DNA of 64,000 nucleotides from Octopus sinensis (Eukaryota): NCBI RefSeq assembly GCF_006345805.1, contig NW_021835141.1, positions 34,750 to 98,749 of the forward strand, read 5' to 3'. Shown piece by piece: positions 1 to 11,499 of this stretch (position 1 is its first letter; each line of letters starts with the position of its first letter). The notes under the pieces were generated by a model. It saw only the letters and a program-made list of their open reading frames with translations, ran no database searches and was not told where the DNA came from. The position numbers and the translations under genes were made by a program.

Positions 1-150
1 TGACATCGTTTGGTGAAACTAAGAAGATAGATAAACATGAATTTACGACGACGTCAAAGTTCAAGGGCAAGTCTATCCCCTCATTGGTTCTCTGGTACCC
101 GCGAATGAACAACCACAGTTCCTCCAAATTTACTCTATGAATGATGTAGG
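1..150 (+). mobile_element. Helitron Rep-helicase fragment
   Basis: (M)TSFG...FKVQGQVY..IGSL.P....PQFLQIY-like degenerate coding; copy of 17725-17995. Confidence 0.6.
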
Positions 151-558
151 ACAAGAAACCCGACGTGAGGTGTCAAAATTTCCGATGATGGGTCGTGTTA
201 GACACACCGCACACTGCTGCAAAGGAGAGTATACCCACTGACAGTTTTTCGGTGCGTTCAAAAATCCCACAAACCCCACATCCAATTTTGTATGACATGT
301 TAGGGCCTGAAACACTCCAAACAGACGCATAGCATGTTGCTTAGTCGAATTATCCGAGCATTTACTCTACAAATGTTTTGATGTCAATGTTGCACTTTCC
401 CATATCACATGTTTCAAAATGACTGGAATATATTATATACCAACTTTGCCATTTGAATCCCCAGCAATGCCGGGTATGTCTGCTAGTACACACACACACA
501 CAGACACACCACACACAGACACACACACCACATATATATATATACACACACATATTTC

Positions 559-637
<79 letters not shown>

Positions 638-644
638 TTAATAA

Positions 645-1165
645 TTCTAGAAAAAATTCTCTGCTACCAGCGGTCTAGTGAGAAAGGAAAGATAGTCAAA
701 GACTATATACTATACATTCAACAATGGAATGGCCATAATAGGACATTCGACTCACTAGAAAGAGCAGCCAAACTCAAACCTTTAATTAGTTGTAATTCTG
801 AAATAGAAAGGTAAATAAAAACGTTTACCCCTTTCATCTCTGGATTATGCATACTTTCTGCAAACTTTGTAAACAAATTAATTAAATTAAATATATTTAC
901 ATCTGGCGTGCCTCGTCAGCAGAGAAGCCTAGGACGAGTATATGTCCACGAGGCGATGGTAAAGAAGCCTCCAATTCATATGCTCTAAATTTTCAAAATT
1001 CTACCGCAATCGCGCTGTCTTCTCAGCAGCAAATATAAACTGCTGATTTAATTTCAAAATTAGCCAAAAAATCATTAATTAATAAATATAAGGGTATTTA
1101 GCAGTTTGAGTTTGGCTGTTCTTTCTAGTAAGTCGAATGTCCTATTATGACCATTCCTTATATTG

Positions 1166-1170
<5 letters not shown>
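645..1170 (-). mobile_element. Penelope-like pLTR remnant, family A (also 18528-19068, 34243-34775)
   Basis: Inserted in (TA)n; contains a hammerhead motif and a short inverted tail (1100-1170 vs 715-780). Confidence 0.6.
837..925 (-). ncRNA. Type I hammerhead ribozyme, degenerate
   Basis: TCTCTG-CTGACGA...GAAAG-TATGCATA-ATC-CAGAGA; stem III mutated. Confidence 0.5.
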
Positions 1171-1239
<69 letters not shown>

Positions 1240-1243
<4 letters not shown>

Positions 1244-1557
1244 TCCGTAATAATGAAGGGTGAAATTAATAATTTGGAATAATTATCAATTACACCAAGT
1301 AGTCTTCGGCATGTAAAAGCCTCATTCGAGGAAAATTTAAGTAATACTAAGCACGAAACGTACGTCCGTAGATAACTTAAAATTGTATGATAGATTGCCG
1401 TCAATTCATTCTCTCTTACCTGTTTGTGTCTGCCTTCCAATTGCTGTTTTTACTGAGATCTCCCTTTTTAGTAGAAGAAATAGCTATAACTCTTTGACTG
1501 CTATTTCTAAATTCGGTATGTGGTAAGGCAATTCGTTGCTAAACCCTTTATTGCTTA

Positions 1558-1560
<3 letters not shown>
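1240..1560. mobile_element. Remnant related to family C
   Basis: gggtgaaattaat...caatt terminus and ctgctatttcta motif shared with 37558 and 3905-4185; half hammerhead GAAAC-GTAC-GTC near 1355. Confidence 0.45.
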
Positions 1561-1639
<79 letters not shown>

Positions 1640-1699
1640 TATATAATATATATATATATATAATATATATATATATATATACATGTATATATATAGATA

Positions 1700-2180
1700 A
1701 ATTTAATCCAAACTAGAAAGCACCAAAAACCAACAACGCGAGGACGTGGAACAAATATAGTATTATTGGACGCTCAGGAAAGTAGGATAGAAGGAGGGTT
1801 TAACGTTTCGGGTGGAATTCTTCGTCGGAAACATACGAGAAGGAAAGATCCAGAGGAGGGAAGACAGAGTAAAAAAAATCGCCAACGGTACACGCGCGTC
1901 ACATTTTGAATGACCGGAAGGAAATGGGTGAAAAAAAGTTCTTTCAAAGACAGGAGAGTGGTAGAGGAGGAGGAATGTGTGTGTAAGTGTGGGTAAGAGC
2001 GTGCTAGGAGGTCTGCGTGTGCGTGTGTGTATGTGTGTATGTGTGCAATGATGGCACGTGTGTGTGTATGTTGTGGCTGTTAATCTTTGCGTGCTGTAGG
2101 GCTAGCAGTGTTAAGTAGAAGGAATTGGGCGTGGCTACTTTTGACTCTACCACCTGTTAAGTTGTCGGTACTGCTAGTTT
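1700..2180 (-). mobile_element. Penelope-like repeat remnant, family E (also 19155-19660, 36590-37085)
   Basis: Minimal hammerhead-like TTT-CCGACGA...GAAAC-GTT-AAA at 1799-1831, 19257-19289, 36690-36722 (non-canonical core). Confidence 0.4.
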
Positions 2181-2224
2181 GAAGTATGTATGTGTGCGTG
2201 TATTGTGTGCGGATGATACGTATA

Positions 2225-2450
2225 TCTCTGTGATGATCGTCGAAGACCAGGCTATTGATTTAGCCTTCAAATGACGCCACCCCGTTGGCTAAGCGAGCAG
2301 GCCAACAGAAGAAAGGGAGAAAGTTATAGCGAAAGAGTACAGCAGTGATCATGGAGCTTTAAACACACACAACGCCCAGTCTGGGAATCGAAACCGTAAT
2401 CCTACAACCGTGAGTCCGCTGCACTAACCAGTGGGCCACTGCGCCTCCAC
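2225..2450 (-). mobile_element. tRNA-derived SINE (also 20395-20700, 37125-37390)
   Basis: A-box-like tggcccactggttag and B-box gtttcgattccc on the minus strand; reverse complement of 3598-3872. Confidence 0.7.
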
Positions 2451-2453
2451 ACA

Positions 2454-2495
<42 letters not shown>

Positions 2496-2512
2496 ATATT
2501 ATATATATATAT

Positions 2513-2600
<88 letters not shown>

Positions 2601-3313
2601 ATATATACAAATATACATATCAATATATAGGTATACACGTATACTTAGGCATACACAACATAAATATCACAAATATACGTATCTACTTATACGCATACAC
2701 ACACACTAACACACACATATATGTGAGTGGACATACACTGTATAGTGTGATTGTTCCTGTACAATTGAGCACGTGTGTCTGTGTGCGTGCGTATGTGTGT
2801 GTGTTTGTGTTTATTTGTGCGTGTGTTTGTCCGTGTGTCTGTGTGTATGTATTTACATTCGTTCTTACATATTGTCATATATAAAAACCAACGTGAATTA
2901 CAGTCAAACATTACGAAATTCACCGATCTACATTGGCACTCGCACGTTTTATTTTAAGTTGGAAAGAAAAGATTCAAAAAAACTCGCCTCACTTCCGTTC
3001 CTGATGGAGAGAAATAGATAAATGTGTGTAAATATGTACGTATTCCTATGTGTGTGTGTGTGTGTATGTGTCTCTTTATGTGCGTGTGCGCAAGTGTACA
3101 TCTAGATATAATACTTAACACTAATATTGATAGGGCTAAACGTTGCTGCGAAAGGGCATGGCCATGCTAGAACCCCACCATTAGATTTTTTTCATTACGC
3201 ACATATTTCCCTCTCCAGGATTATGTCTGGTGAAAGAGCGATCGGAAAGGAGTACCATTCCACCCTTCTTTGTGTTTCCTTCGGATGTGTGTATATGTAT
3301 ATATACATATATG

Positions 3314-3352
<39 letters not shown>

Positions 3353-3430
3353 TATATAGAGAGAGAGAGAGAGAGAGAGATAGATAGATAGATAGATAGA
3401 TAGATACATAAATAGATATGTATGTATATG

Positions 3431-3568
<138 letters not shown>

Positions 3569-3597
3569 TGTGTGTTTGTGTGTGTGTGTTTGTGTGT

Positions 3598-3872
3598 GGA
3601 GGCACAATGGCCCAGTGGCCGTAGGACCACGTTTTCGATTCCCAGACCGAGCGTTGTGTGTGTTTATTGAGCGAAAAACGCCTAAAGCCCCACGAGGCTC
3701 CGCAGGGGTTGGTCGCGATCCCTGCTGTTCTCTTTCGCCACAACTTTCGCTCACTCTTTCTTCTCTTGACCTGCTCGCTTACCCAGCGGAGCGGCGTCAT
3801 TTGAAGGCGAAAAGAATGCGAAGCGCATTTTGACAAGCGATGTGTAGCAACATCTGGTCGGTCACGGTGATA
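3598..3872 (+). mobile_element. tRNA-derived SINE
   Basis: ggcacaatggcccagtgg...ttcgattccc head; same family as 2225-2450. Confidence 0.7.
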
Positions 3873-3904
3873 TATGAATATATAAATATATATATATATA
3901 TATA

Positions 3905-4185
3905 ATTATAATAAGGGTTTTTAGCAACAAGTTGCTTAAACCACATACCAAAAATATTAGAAATAGCAGTCAAAGGCCTACCATTTCTATTACAACAATG
4001 GTAGATATGGTTGCGCTTTGACTGCTATTTCTAATAGTTTCGGTATGTGGTTTAAGCAACTTGTTGCAAAAAACCCTTATTAATAATTATATAAATTTTT
4101 ACCGTATATGGTCCTTTTCCATACCGAAATACTACAAGGGGAAATTTATTGATTTTATTAAATTAATTATATTTCACCCATTATG
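3905..4185. mobile_element. Hairpin remnant related to family C
   Basis: ~70-bp inverted arms (3905-3975 / 4017-4090); family terminus near 4180. Confidence 0.5.
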
Positions 4186-4201
4186 TGTATATATGTATAT
4201 A

Positions 4202-4232
<31 letters not shown>

Positions 4233-4234
4233 TA

Positions 4235-4388
4235 CAGGGTCTGTGTGGTAAGACACTTGCTTGTTAACCACAAGGTATTCTGTTCAGTCCCACTGCGTAG
4301 AAAATTGGACGAATGCCTACCACTCTAACGTCGAGCTGACCAGAGCCATGTCAGTAGATTTGGTAGATTGAGACTGAAAGAAGGATGC

Positions 4389-4436
<48 letters not shown>

Positions 4437-4709
4437 CACACATACACACAATCACACAAACTCAGATGTGTATGTATGTATCTATGTACTATGTATGTGT
4501 CTGTGATTGTCGCACCACAACGCTTCTCAACTGATGTCGGTGTGTTTACGTCCCCGTTACATAGCGGTTCGGCTAGAGATACCGATAGAATGAGCACTAG
4601 GCTTACAAAGAATAATTCCTGGAGTCGATTTGTACTACTAAATGCAGTGCTCTAGCATGGCCGCAGTCAAACGGATGAACGAATATATTTTTAGACACAC
4701 ACACCACAC

Positions 4710-4747
<38 letters not shown>

Positions 4748-5000
4748 CACACATACACACAATCACACAAACTCAGATGTGTATGTATGTATCTATGTAC
4801 TATGTATGTGTCTGTGATTGTCGCACCACAACGCTTCTCAACTGATGTCGGTGTGTTTACGTCCCCGTTACATAGCGGTTCGGCTAGAGATACCGATAGA
4901 ATGAGCACTAGGCTTACAAAGAATAATTCCTGGAGTCGATTTGTACTACTAAATGCAGTGCTCTAGCATGGCCGCAGTCAAACGGATGAACGAATATATT
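4235..5000 (+). mobile_element. SINE with internal microsatellite; 3' half tandemly duplicated (311-bp period)
   Basis: Homologous to 63346-63818; tail-only copies at 21970-22200 and 39430-39660. Confidence 0.7.
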
Positions 5001-5004
5001 TTTA

Positions 5005-5049
<45 letters not shown>

Positions 5050-5409
5050 ACACACACACACACACATACACACACACACACACACATATATATGTATAGA
5101 GAGAGGCAGAGAGAGAGAGATACTCAGATAGTAACATACACACACGCATATACATGTTTGTGCGTATGTATGTTTAGATGGGTGCTCCTCTGTGTTTTTG
5201 TATGATTACGTGTGTGATGGATCGTACGTGTGTGTGGGCACTATAGAAACATATGTACGTGATTCATGCATACATCCTTACATTCATCCATCGATCGACA
5301 CGTACATACATCCACATATTAATACATACATACGTAAATGCATACATACATACATGCATATATAAATACATAAAGACATATATATATTAACACAAAATCC
5401 ATGACTTAC

Positions 5410-5553
5410 CGTTTGCAATTTCTCTTCCATTTTTCCTATTCTTGAATCTTGATGAAGAATCACGATCGTCAGAACGAGAAGAACACCAAAAGCTATGAGA
5501 GAAGAAATGGAATAACGCTGCGAAATATTCCTGGACAGTTGTGCGAAATCCAT
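5410..5553 (-). CDS. G1 exon 1 (signal anchor) of C4-like domain gene; remaining exons lie left of the window
   Basis: ATG at 5553; MDFAQLSRNISQRYSISSLIAFGVLLVLTIVILHQDSRIGKMEEKLQT then phase-0 donor GTAAGT; same 144-nt exon recurs at three other loci. Confidence 0.85.
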
Positions 5554-5970
5554 TCTGGTGACAGTTGTCGGTCGTACGTGATACTTCGTGTGGCTTCAAC
5601 AAAAGATCGAGATGCGAGGTTTAAGCTGAAGACCTGTAACTGAATTCCACGTATTTATTGAGCGCACAACAACCCAGCTCTGGCATAGATCTTATCGTAA
5701 ATTTAAAAACCAATGCGATTGGTGGAACTGTAAAAGCGGGTGTGAACTTGTCTGACAGGTTTAATTATTGGAAAGAGATGGTTTGATATAGTCACACAAT
5801 AATTAGCAAAATATTTTGATGAATGAGAGACACGTGTAAAGTGAAATGATTCCTGTTTCTGGATATATTACGATATATTTATTTACTACTGTTGTTATTT
5901 AATTTTATTTGTTATTCTTGGGAAACTGTTTTAATATTCAGTGTGGGAAGTATTTCGTTCAACAGACGAA
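5554..5970 (-). promoter_or_regulatory. Conserved 5' UTR/promoter block (also 22846-23260, 40362-40780, 62959-63345)
   Basis: ~400 bp nearly identical upstream of all four ATGs; Inr-like TCAGTT and palindromic ACCAAT-GCG-ATTGGT (5709-5723). Confidence 0.5.
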
Positions 5971-5984
5971 TACACAGACACAAA

Positions 5985-6399
5985 GGCACACACACACACA
6001 CACACTGAGAAACACAAACACACACTGAGAAACATACACACACTGACACACACACACACACCGATACACACACACACAAATACAAACAAACATACACACT
6101 GACACACACACACACACACACTAACACAAACACTGACATACACACACACACACTGACACACTCACTGACATATACACACACACACACTGACACACATACA
6201 CACACTGACATACACGCAAACACACACACGCTGACACACACACACACACTGACATACACACACACACACACTGACACACACACATACACACTCACACACA
6301 CACACACACACACATACACTGACATACTCAAACACACATACACACTGAAACACACACACATATTCACACACACACATTCACACACACACATACCCACTG

Positions 6400-6435
<36 letters not shown>

Positions 6436-6768
6436 ACACACACACACACACACTGACATACACACACACACGCACACACACGCTGACACACATACACACA
6501 CTGACGTACACAAACACACACACACTGACACACACACACTCACACACACACACACACACACATACACTGACATACTCAAACACACATACACACTGAAACA
6601 CACACACATACACACACACACACATTCACACACACACACATACACTGACACACACACACACACATACACACTGATATACACACACACACACTGACACACA
6701 CACTCACACACACTGACCCACACACCGTGACTCACACACACTGACACACACACTGACACACACACGCT

Positions 6769-6810
<42 letters not shown>

Positions 6811-6818
6811 TACACACA
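5985..6818. repeat. Degenerate (CA)n/ACTG satellite (homologs 23280-23570, 40790-41260)
   Basis: Direct inspection. Confidence 0.95.
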
Positions 6819-8208
6819 AATATGCGGGAAAATGCGGGCACGTACGAGCGACCGCAGTTACTGTTGGGGCACAAGGTTGAAGTCAACTCCTCTAGCGAAG
6901 AATTTATCAAAGAGAAATACCGAAGGGAGGTAACTCACGACAGACTCCAGCCTGGCGCTCTAATGGCGTCACTTACTCGTTGTTGTTGACTATGTTTAAG
7001 TTAAAGCTATGGCTTTAAGTTTTGTCCAGATATTCCCTCTCGGTATTTTCTTTTGATAACGGCTGAACTGGAACCCGATAGGGAGCAGCACTGGACTGAT
7101 ATGCTGTTTTTGCAGCTTTTTGCACTGAATTGCGTTTAGAGTTTGAAATATGCCGTTAGCACATTTTAACGAACCTAAAAATTGCTTATGCTTATGCCTA
7201 ATACTGAGCGCTAATACTGTCTGGAAACGCCATGTTGAATGTTTCCATATATTCATTTGTCAATTTGCATTCGTGCTTTCATATTACTTAATTATTATTC
7301 TTTTTCTCTAGCTTTTTCACAATCGAGCATTCTTATGGCACGCAATTAATCGCACAAAAAACGTGCTGCCACCCACAATCCCTCTTTTCACAGATACCTT
7401 CGTTTATCTGGCAGCCATTCTACAAACTCCCACATACAAGGAGCAATCATGCTGGGTAGAGTGTGAAAGACTCAACATGTTGCACTGATTCCACCTAATG
7501 TATATTTTATAAGTGCTGTTCCTTTCCTTACTAAGTCGTTTATGTGTGTTACAGTTATTGTATGCATGTATCTCGAAGCAAGTTCCTCTTCTGCGAGTTT
7601 GATAGTTTTATTTTACAGACGGAGATAATTTGGTGAACTTGATGTTTTGTGGTGTTGCTGTAGATTCGGTTGATGCTGTTCCTGAAGTCTACTCATATTT
7701 CTTGGTGGTTTCATATTTTATTTTGGCACATCAGATTTCAGGGAACGATGAGAGGCTGCGTGTGTAATGTGATGCAAGGCTGTGTGTGTGTGTTTTTTGA
7801 AGAAAAGCGGGAATATGTGAATGTAGGTTGAAAATAGTTCATCGTGGGACGTGTACTTGTACCCTTGTCGAAACTGTTTCGTGAACGCTTCAATGTGTTA
7901 GTAACCTGACAATTAGTTAGGTAGTCAACATTTTGTGGTATTTCTTCAGTGGATATCAAATATCCTTTATTTGGTAATATCCGCGATTGGATTGCAGAGC
8001 TTTCATCGCATCAATTGTAGTTACAATGATTCGTATGGGAGTATTTTTCTTATTAAACCATCATGATTTAGTGATGTTAGTTATAAGCTTTAATCGTGTT
8101 TTCTGAAGATTGATCATGAAAGGGTGATATATTTGTACGGAGGTGTTTCTTTTGGGGATTGTTTTCATTTTAAGACGGAATACAACACACATTTAAACGA
8201 ATCATAAT

Positions 8209-8214
8209 TTTATT
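8209..8214 (-). terminator. Probable poly(A) signal of G2
   Basis: AATAAA ~285 nt after stop with downstream GT-rich tract; conserved in G3 and G4. Confidence 0.55.
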
Positions 8215-8497
8215 TCAACGTTTAAATTTGATAAACTGAACCTCATACAATGTATTCTTGAATCATTCCCCGAGGATTACATCGTTCTGTTAAGCTATTT
8301 GTCACATTCTATGACGTCTCTGTTGTTTCGTTTTGAATATTTTCTGAAAACTTGTAGCAGCAATTTATTTAACGACATATATTAGTTGGATAAAATATTG
8401 CGAAACACAATTAGAAGAAACGTATATGTTGCTTTATTATATTATATTTTATAATTCGCCGACATAAATTTCATATAGAAACGAATGTAAATTCTAT

Positions 8498-8997
8498 TCA
8501 ATATTTACTGCACACAACGCAGGTTAATTCTCGACCATTGACATACGGTGGACATGGCAATGAACCACAAGCAGCTGAACGAATTATAATAGCGCTCCAT
8601 TTTCGTTTCTGTAACCTGCTGGATCAGCTTCTGGTGCGTAGTCCACACACACATACTCATGTCTGCCCTTATGCTTATAATACTCGGTCATCAAATATCC
8701 CGAATACTCAGCTGTCCAACCAGGGTAACACTTTGTCCTGGCTGGTAACATCATAACAACAGCAGGTTGTCGTGTCAAACAGACAGCGCACGGAACGTTG
8801 TGCTCATGAATTGATTCAGCGTTAGCAAAAGAAAAGAGTTTATTAGTTGGGTATAAATCTAATTGATATTCACTGCCATAAATGTAACCACTTTTTTTTA
8901 TCTCCTGTCGTATAATTGGCCCAAATGGGATCGTTGGGTAGACACAAGAGATTACTTCCGCCACCTGAGTGGTCATAATATTGTCCACCAACCACTC
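8498..8997 (-). CDS. G2 exon 4: Cys-rich C4-like domain
   Basis: GVVGGQYYDHSGGGSNLLCLPNDPIW...YIYGSEY...VPCAVC...GWTAEYSGYLM...YVCVD...CGSLPCPPYVNGRELTCVVCSKY-TGA after frame correction; acceptor ttctag. Confidence 0.85.
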
Positions 8998-9377
8998 CTA
9001 GAATTGGTAAGAATAAATCAAGTAAAAAACATATTAAGCAAAATTATATATGAAATACCGGAAGCATTCATTACAATTTTTCACTTAAGAAGTCATGTTT
9101 AGTCGCGTGTGAACGAAATGTGAATGTGGTGTGTGTGTGTTAGTGTTTATGTGAGTGTAAGCTGGTGTGTTGCTGAATGCTTCAGATCGTAGCTGTGCAT
9201 TTTGCCTTCTCATCATATGCAGCACGGATTTTTGCCAGTGAACAGGTCGCGGATTTTAGTGACGAAAATATTTTGACAACTAAACTAAAATGTTGAAGTG
9301 AATCGAACGGCTTTTGGGTGTTTCTTAAATGGCTTACAAACACCTTCCACGCTGCAATTGTTATATATAATATATAT

Positions 9378-9435
<58 letters not shown>

Positions 9436-10407
9436 TTGTGTTTACGGGTAAGTATTTGTGGTTGCCACGGGATTATTATGTATGTTTGCATGGGGTAGGT
9501 GTTTTCGGTGGATGTCAATAGATGGAGATATTTTATAACGCATGCACTCGTGTTTATCCGAAATTAAAAAGATGTTCACGTGTGAACGGGGATTTTTGGT
9601 GGTGGTGGAATTGTAGGAGGTTTGAGTAGACAATACGGGAGACGACGAGATGCAGAGAAGTGGTGGGTAACGTCGATGAAATGTTGTTTAGTCGATCATA
9701 CGAGAGTCAGTGGCTAAACCTCTCGTTTAGACTCGGACGAATCAGGCTTACACAGACGTTATGATCACACAGACTTTTTTTCATGCAATACACAGAACGA
9801 GGTGGGAGGAAAAATTGTGAGGTTCAGTGATGGCGTAGTGCTTAAGATGAATGGACGGCGGAGTGGGCGACCGATAAAGGATACGTGTAGGTTTATATAG
9901 AGAGCAGATTCAGAGCATTTTTAGGAAATGTGAGGTGATTGGGGAAACCGTTGGAAGCAGCAGTTTTGAATTGCAAGTTCGAAATTACCTTACAAAGATA
10001 TCCTGGATAATTAATGAGGTGATGTGGTGCATGAAAACAGCAAGGTTTTAGCGATAAGACGATTTCGGTGAGGCGAGAAGAAGAATAGAAGTGCATTCTG
10101 TACTCTGTTTTGATCTCTCACTAATATTTAGACTCTCTATATTTTACTTAATGAATAAAGTCCTTAGCTTTTTCCATCAGTTACAGTGTGTGGCTTGTCC
10201 AGTCCTCATTCTACATTGTGCGTTCATTTCATTAACCATTTATTGTCACTGTCATCAATTCTAATAGACTCTATTCAATTTAGCGCACACCGACCATCAC
10301 TGGGCACTCTAGTTAATGATATTCAAGTGACCACTTTTCAGCTCTGGTCACTCACGTACAATACCACCATCCGTAGCCAGTACACTTGATCACCAGTTAG
10401 CAGCCTC

Positions 10408-10625
10408 GGGAGCTTGCAGAAACGTTAGCACGCCGGGCTTAGCGGTATTTCGTCTGTCTTTACGTTCTGAGTTCAAATTCGCCGAGGTCGACTTCGCCTT
10501 CATCCTTTCGGGGTCGATAAATTAAGTACCAGTTACGCACTGGGGTCGATGTAATCGACTTAATCCGTTCGTCTGTCCTTGTTTGTCCTCTCTGTGTTTA
10601 GCCCCTTGTAGGTAGTAAAGAAATA
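10408..10625 (+). mobile_element. tRNA-derived SINE, insertion specific to G2
   Basis: B-box gagttcaaattc; empty site agcctc/ggtatttg at 44881-44895 in G4. Confidence 0.8.
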
Positions 10626-11017
10626 GGTATTTGATATCTACAATCGAAAGCTGGTCAGCCTGAAATTCTTGATCGCCATGGTGGTTTTCAGTTTAGTCCA
10701 TCTTTGTAATTAACGGAGAGATATCTATATTCTGTAGTTAGACAACATCCTTTTCACTTGGTCTTTAGTACACAACATATAATATTCTGATTTGGCCAAA
10801 TACCTACAAAGGAGTAAGCAGACTCGTGCAGTCTCTATAGGGTCTCTAGGTATCGTTTCAAATCTGAACTGTTACATGATTGCTTGAGTGTGTGTGCGTG
10901 TGCGTGAGAGAGAGGGGAGAGAGAGGAACGACACAAAGAGAAAATGAGAGGAATAAAAAGAGAAGAAGAGAAAGAGAAACAGAGAAGAGAGAGGATAGAA
11001 GTATAGTTTACACTAAC

Positions 11018-11092
11018 CGTCATATACAAGGCTTGAATTAGGAGGACAACTTGTTCTGCCCCACCGGGTATACAATGATCCGAGACCGGGTT
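11018..11092 (-). CDS. G2 exon 3 (75 nt)
   Basis: tttcacag|KPGLGSLYTRWGRTSCPPNSSLVYDG|gttagt; YxRWGRxxCP is the family N-terminal motif. Confidence 0.9.
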
Positions 11093-11499
11093 CTGTGAAA
11101 TTAAAATGAAACAATTTAGTTTAAAAGAAAGAATTTTTGAATCCTATACAAAGGAAGTTGTTGGCTGGAAGGAATTGATAGAGAGGAGAGAAATTTAGAA
11201 TTTAAGAGAAAAAGAATGAGTGAATGAATGAAAATCAGAATGAAAGAAGTAAATGATTCGCTAAGAATAAATTTTAAGAACGAAGAAAATTAGTCTTTTG
11301 TCTATTGAGCCTGTTGTTGACGTGATGTCAACGAATTGAGAGATTAATCTCAGAATATGAGAATGTGTATTTGTCTCCCTTAAGAACGGATGTTTGTTTT
11401 GTAGTTGAACTTGGATGTGAGTATATATATTTGTGACCATAATAATAATAAAGTTCTTCTTTTATAGATATGTGGGCCATATTATCAATTCTTGGCACC

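Noticed and set aside
5449-5643. Plus-strand ORF MMKNHDRQ... and alternative-frame MLKPHEVS... repeated at each exon 1
   Set aside because: Shadow frames of the conserved exon 1/UTR; no splice logic or recognisable motifs.
5912-6819. Cys/Val-rich ORFs resembling metallothionein or keratin-associated proteins
   Set aside because: Degenerate (TG)n satellite, open in several frames, length not conserved among paralogs.
6820-7440. GC-richer intergenic block as a possible separate gene
   Set aside because: ORF 6996-7256 is not maintained in the 41260-41900 copy (multiple indels) and shows no recognisable motif.
9600-10090. Possible CR1/L2 LINE remnant or extra exon in intron 3
   Set aside because: Conserved only as part of the duplicated cassette; no convincing motif or open spliceable frame, and partly deleted in G3.
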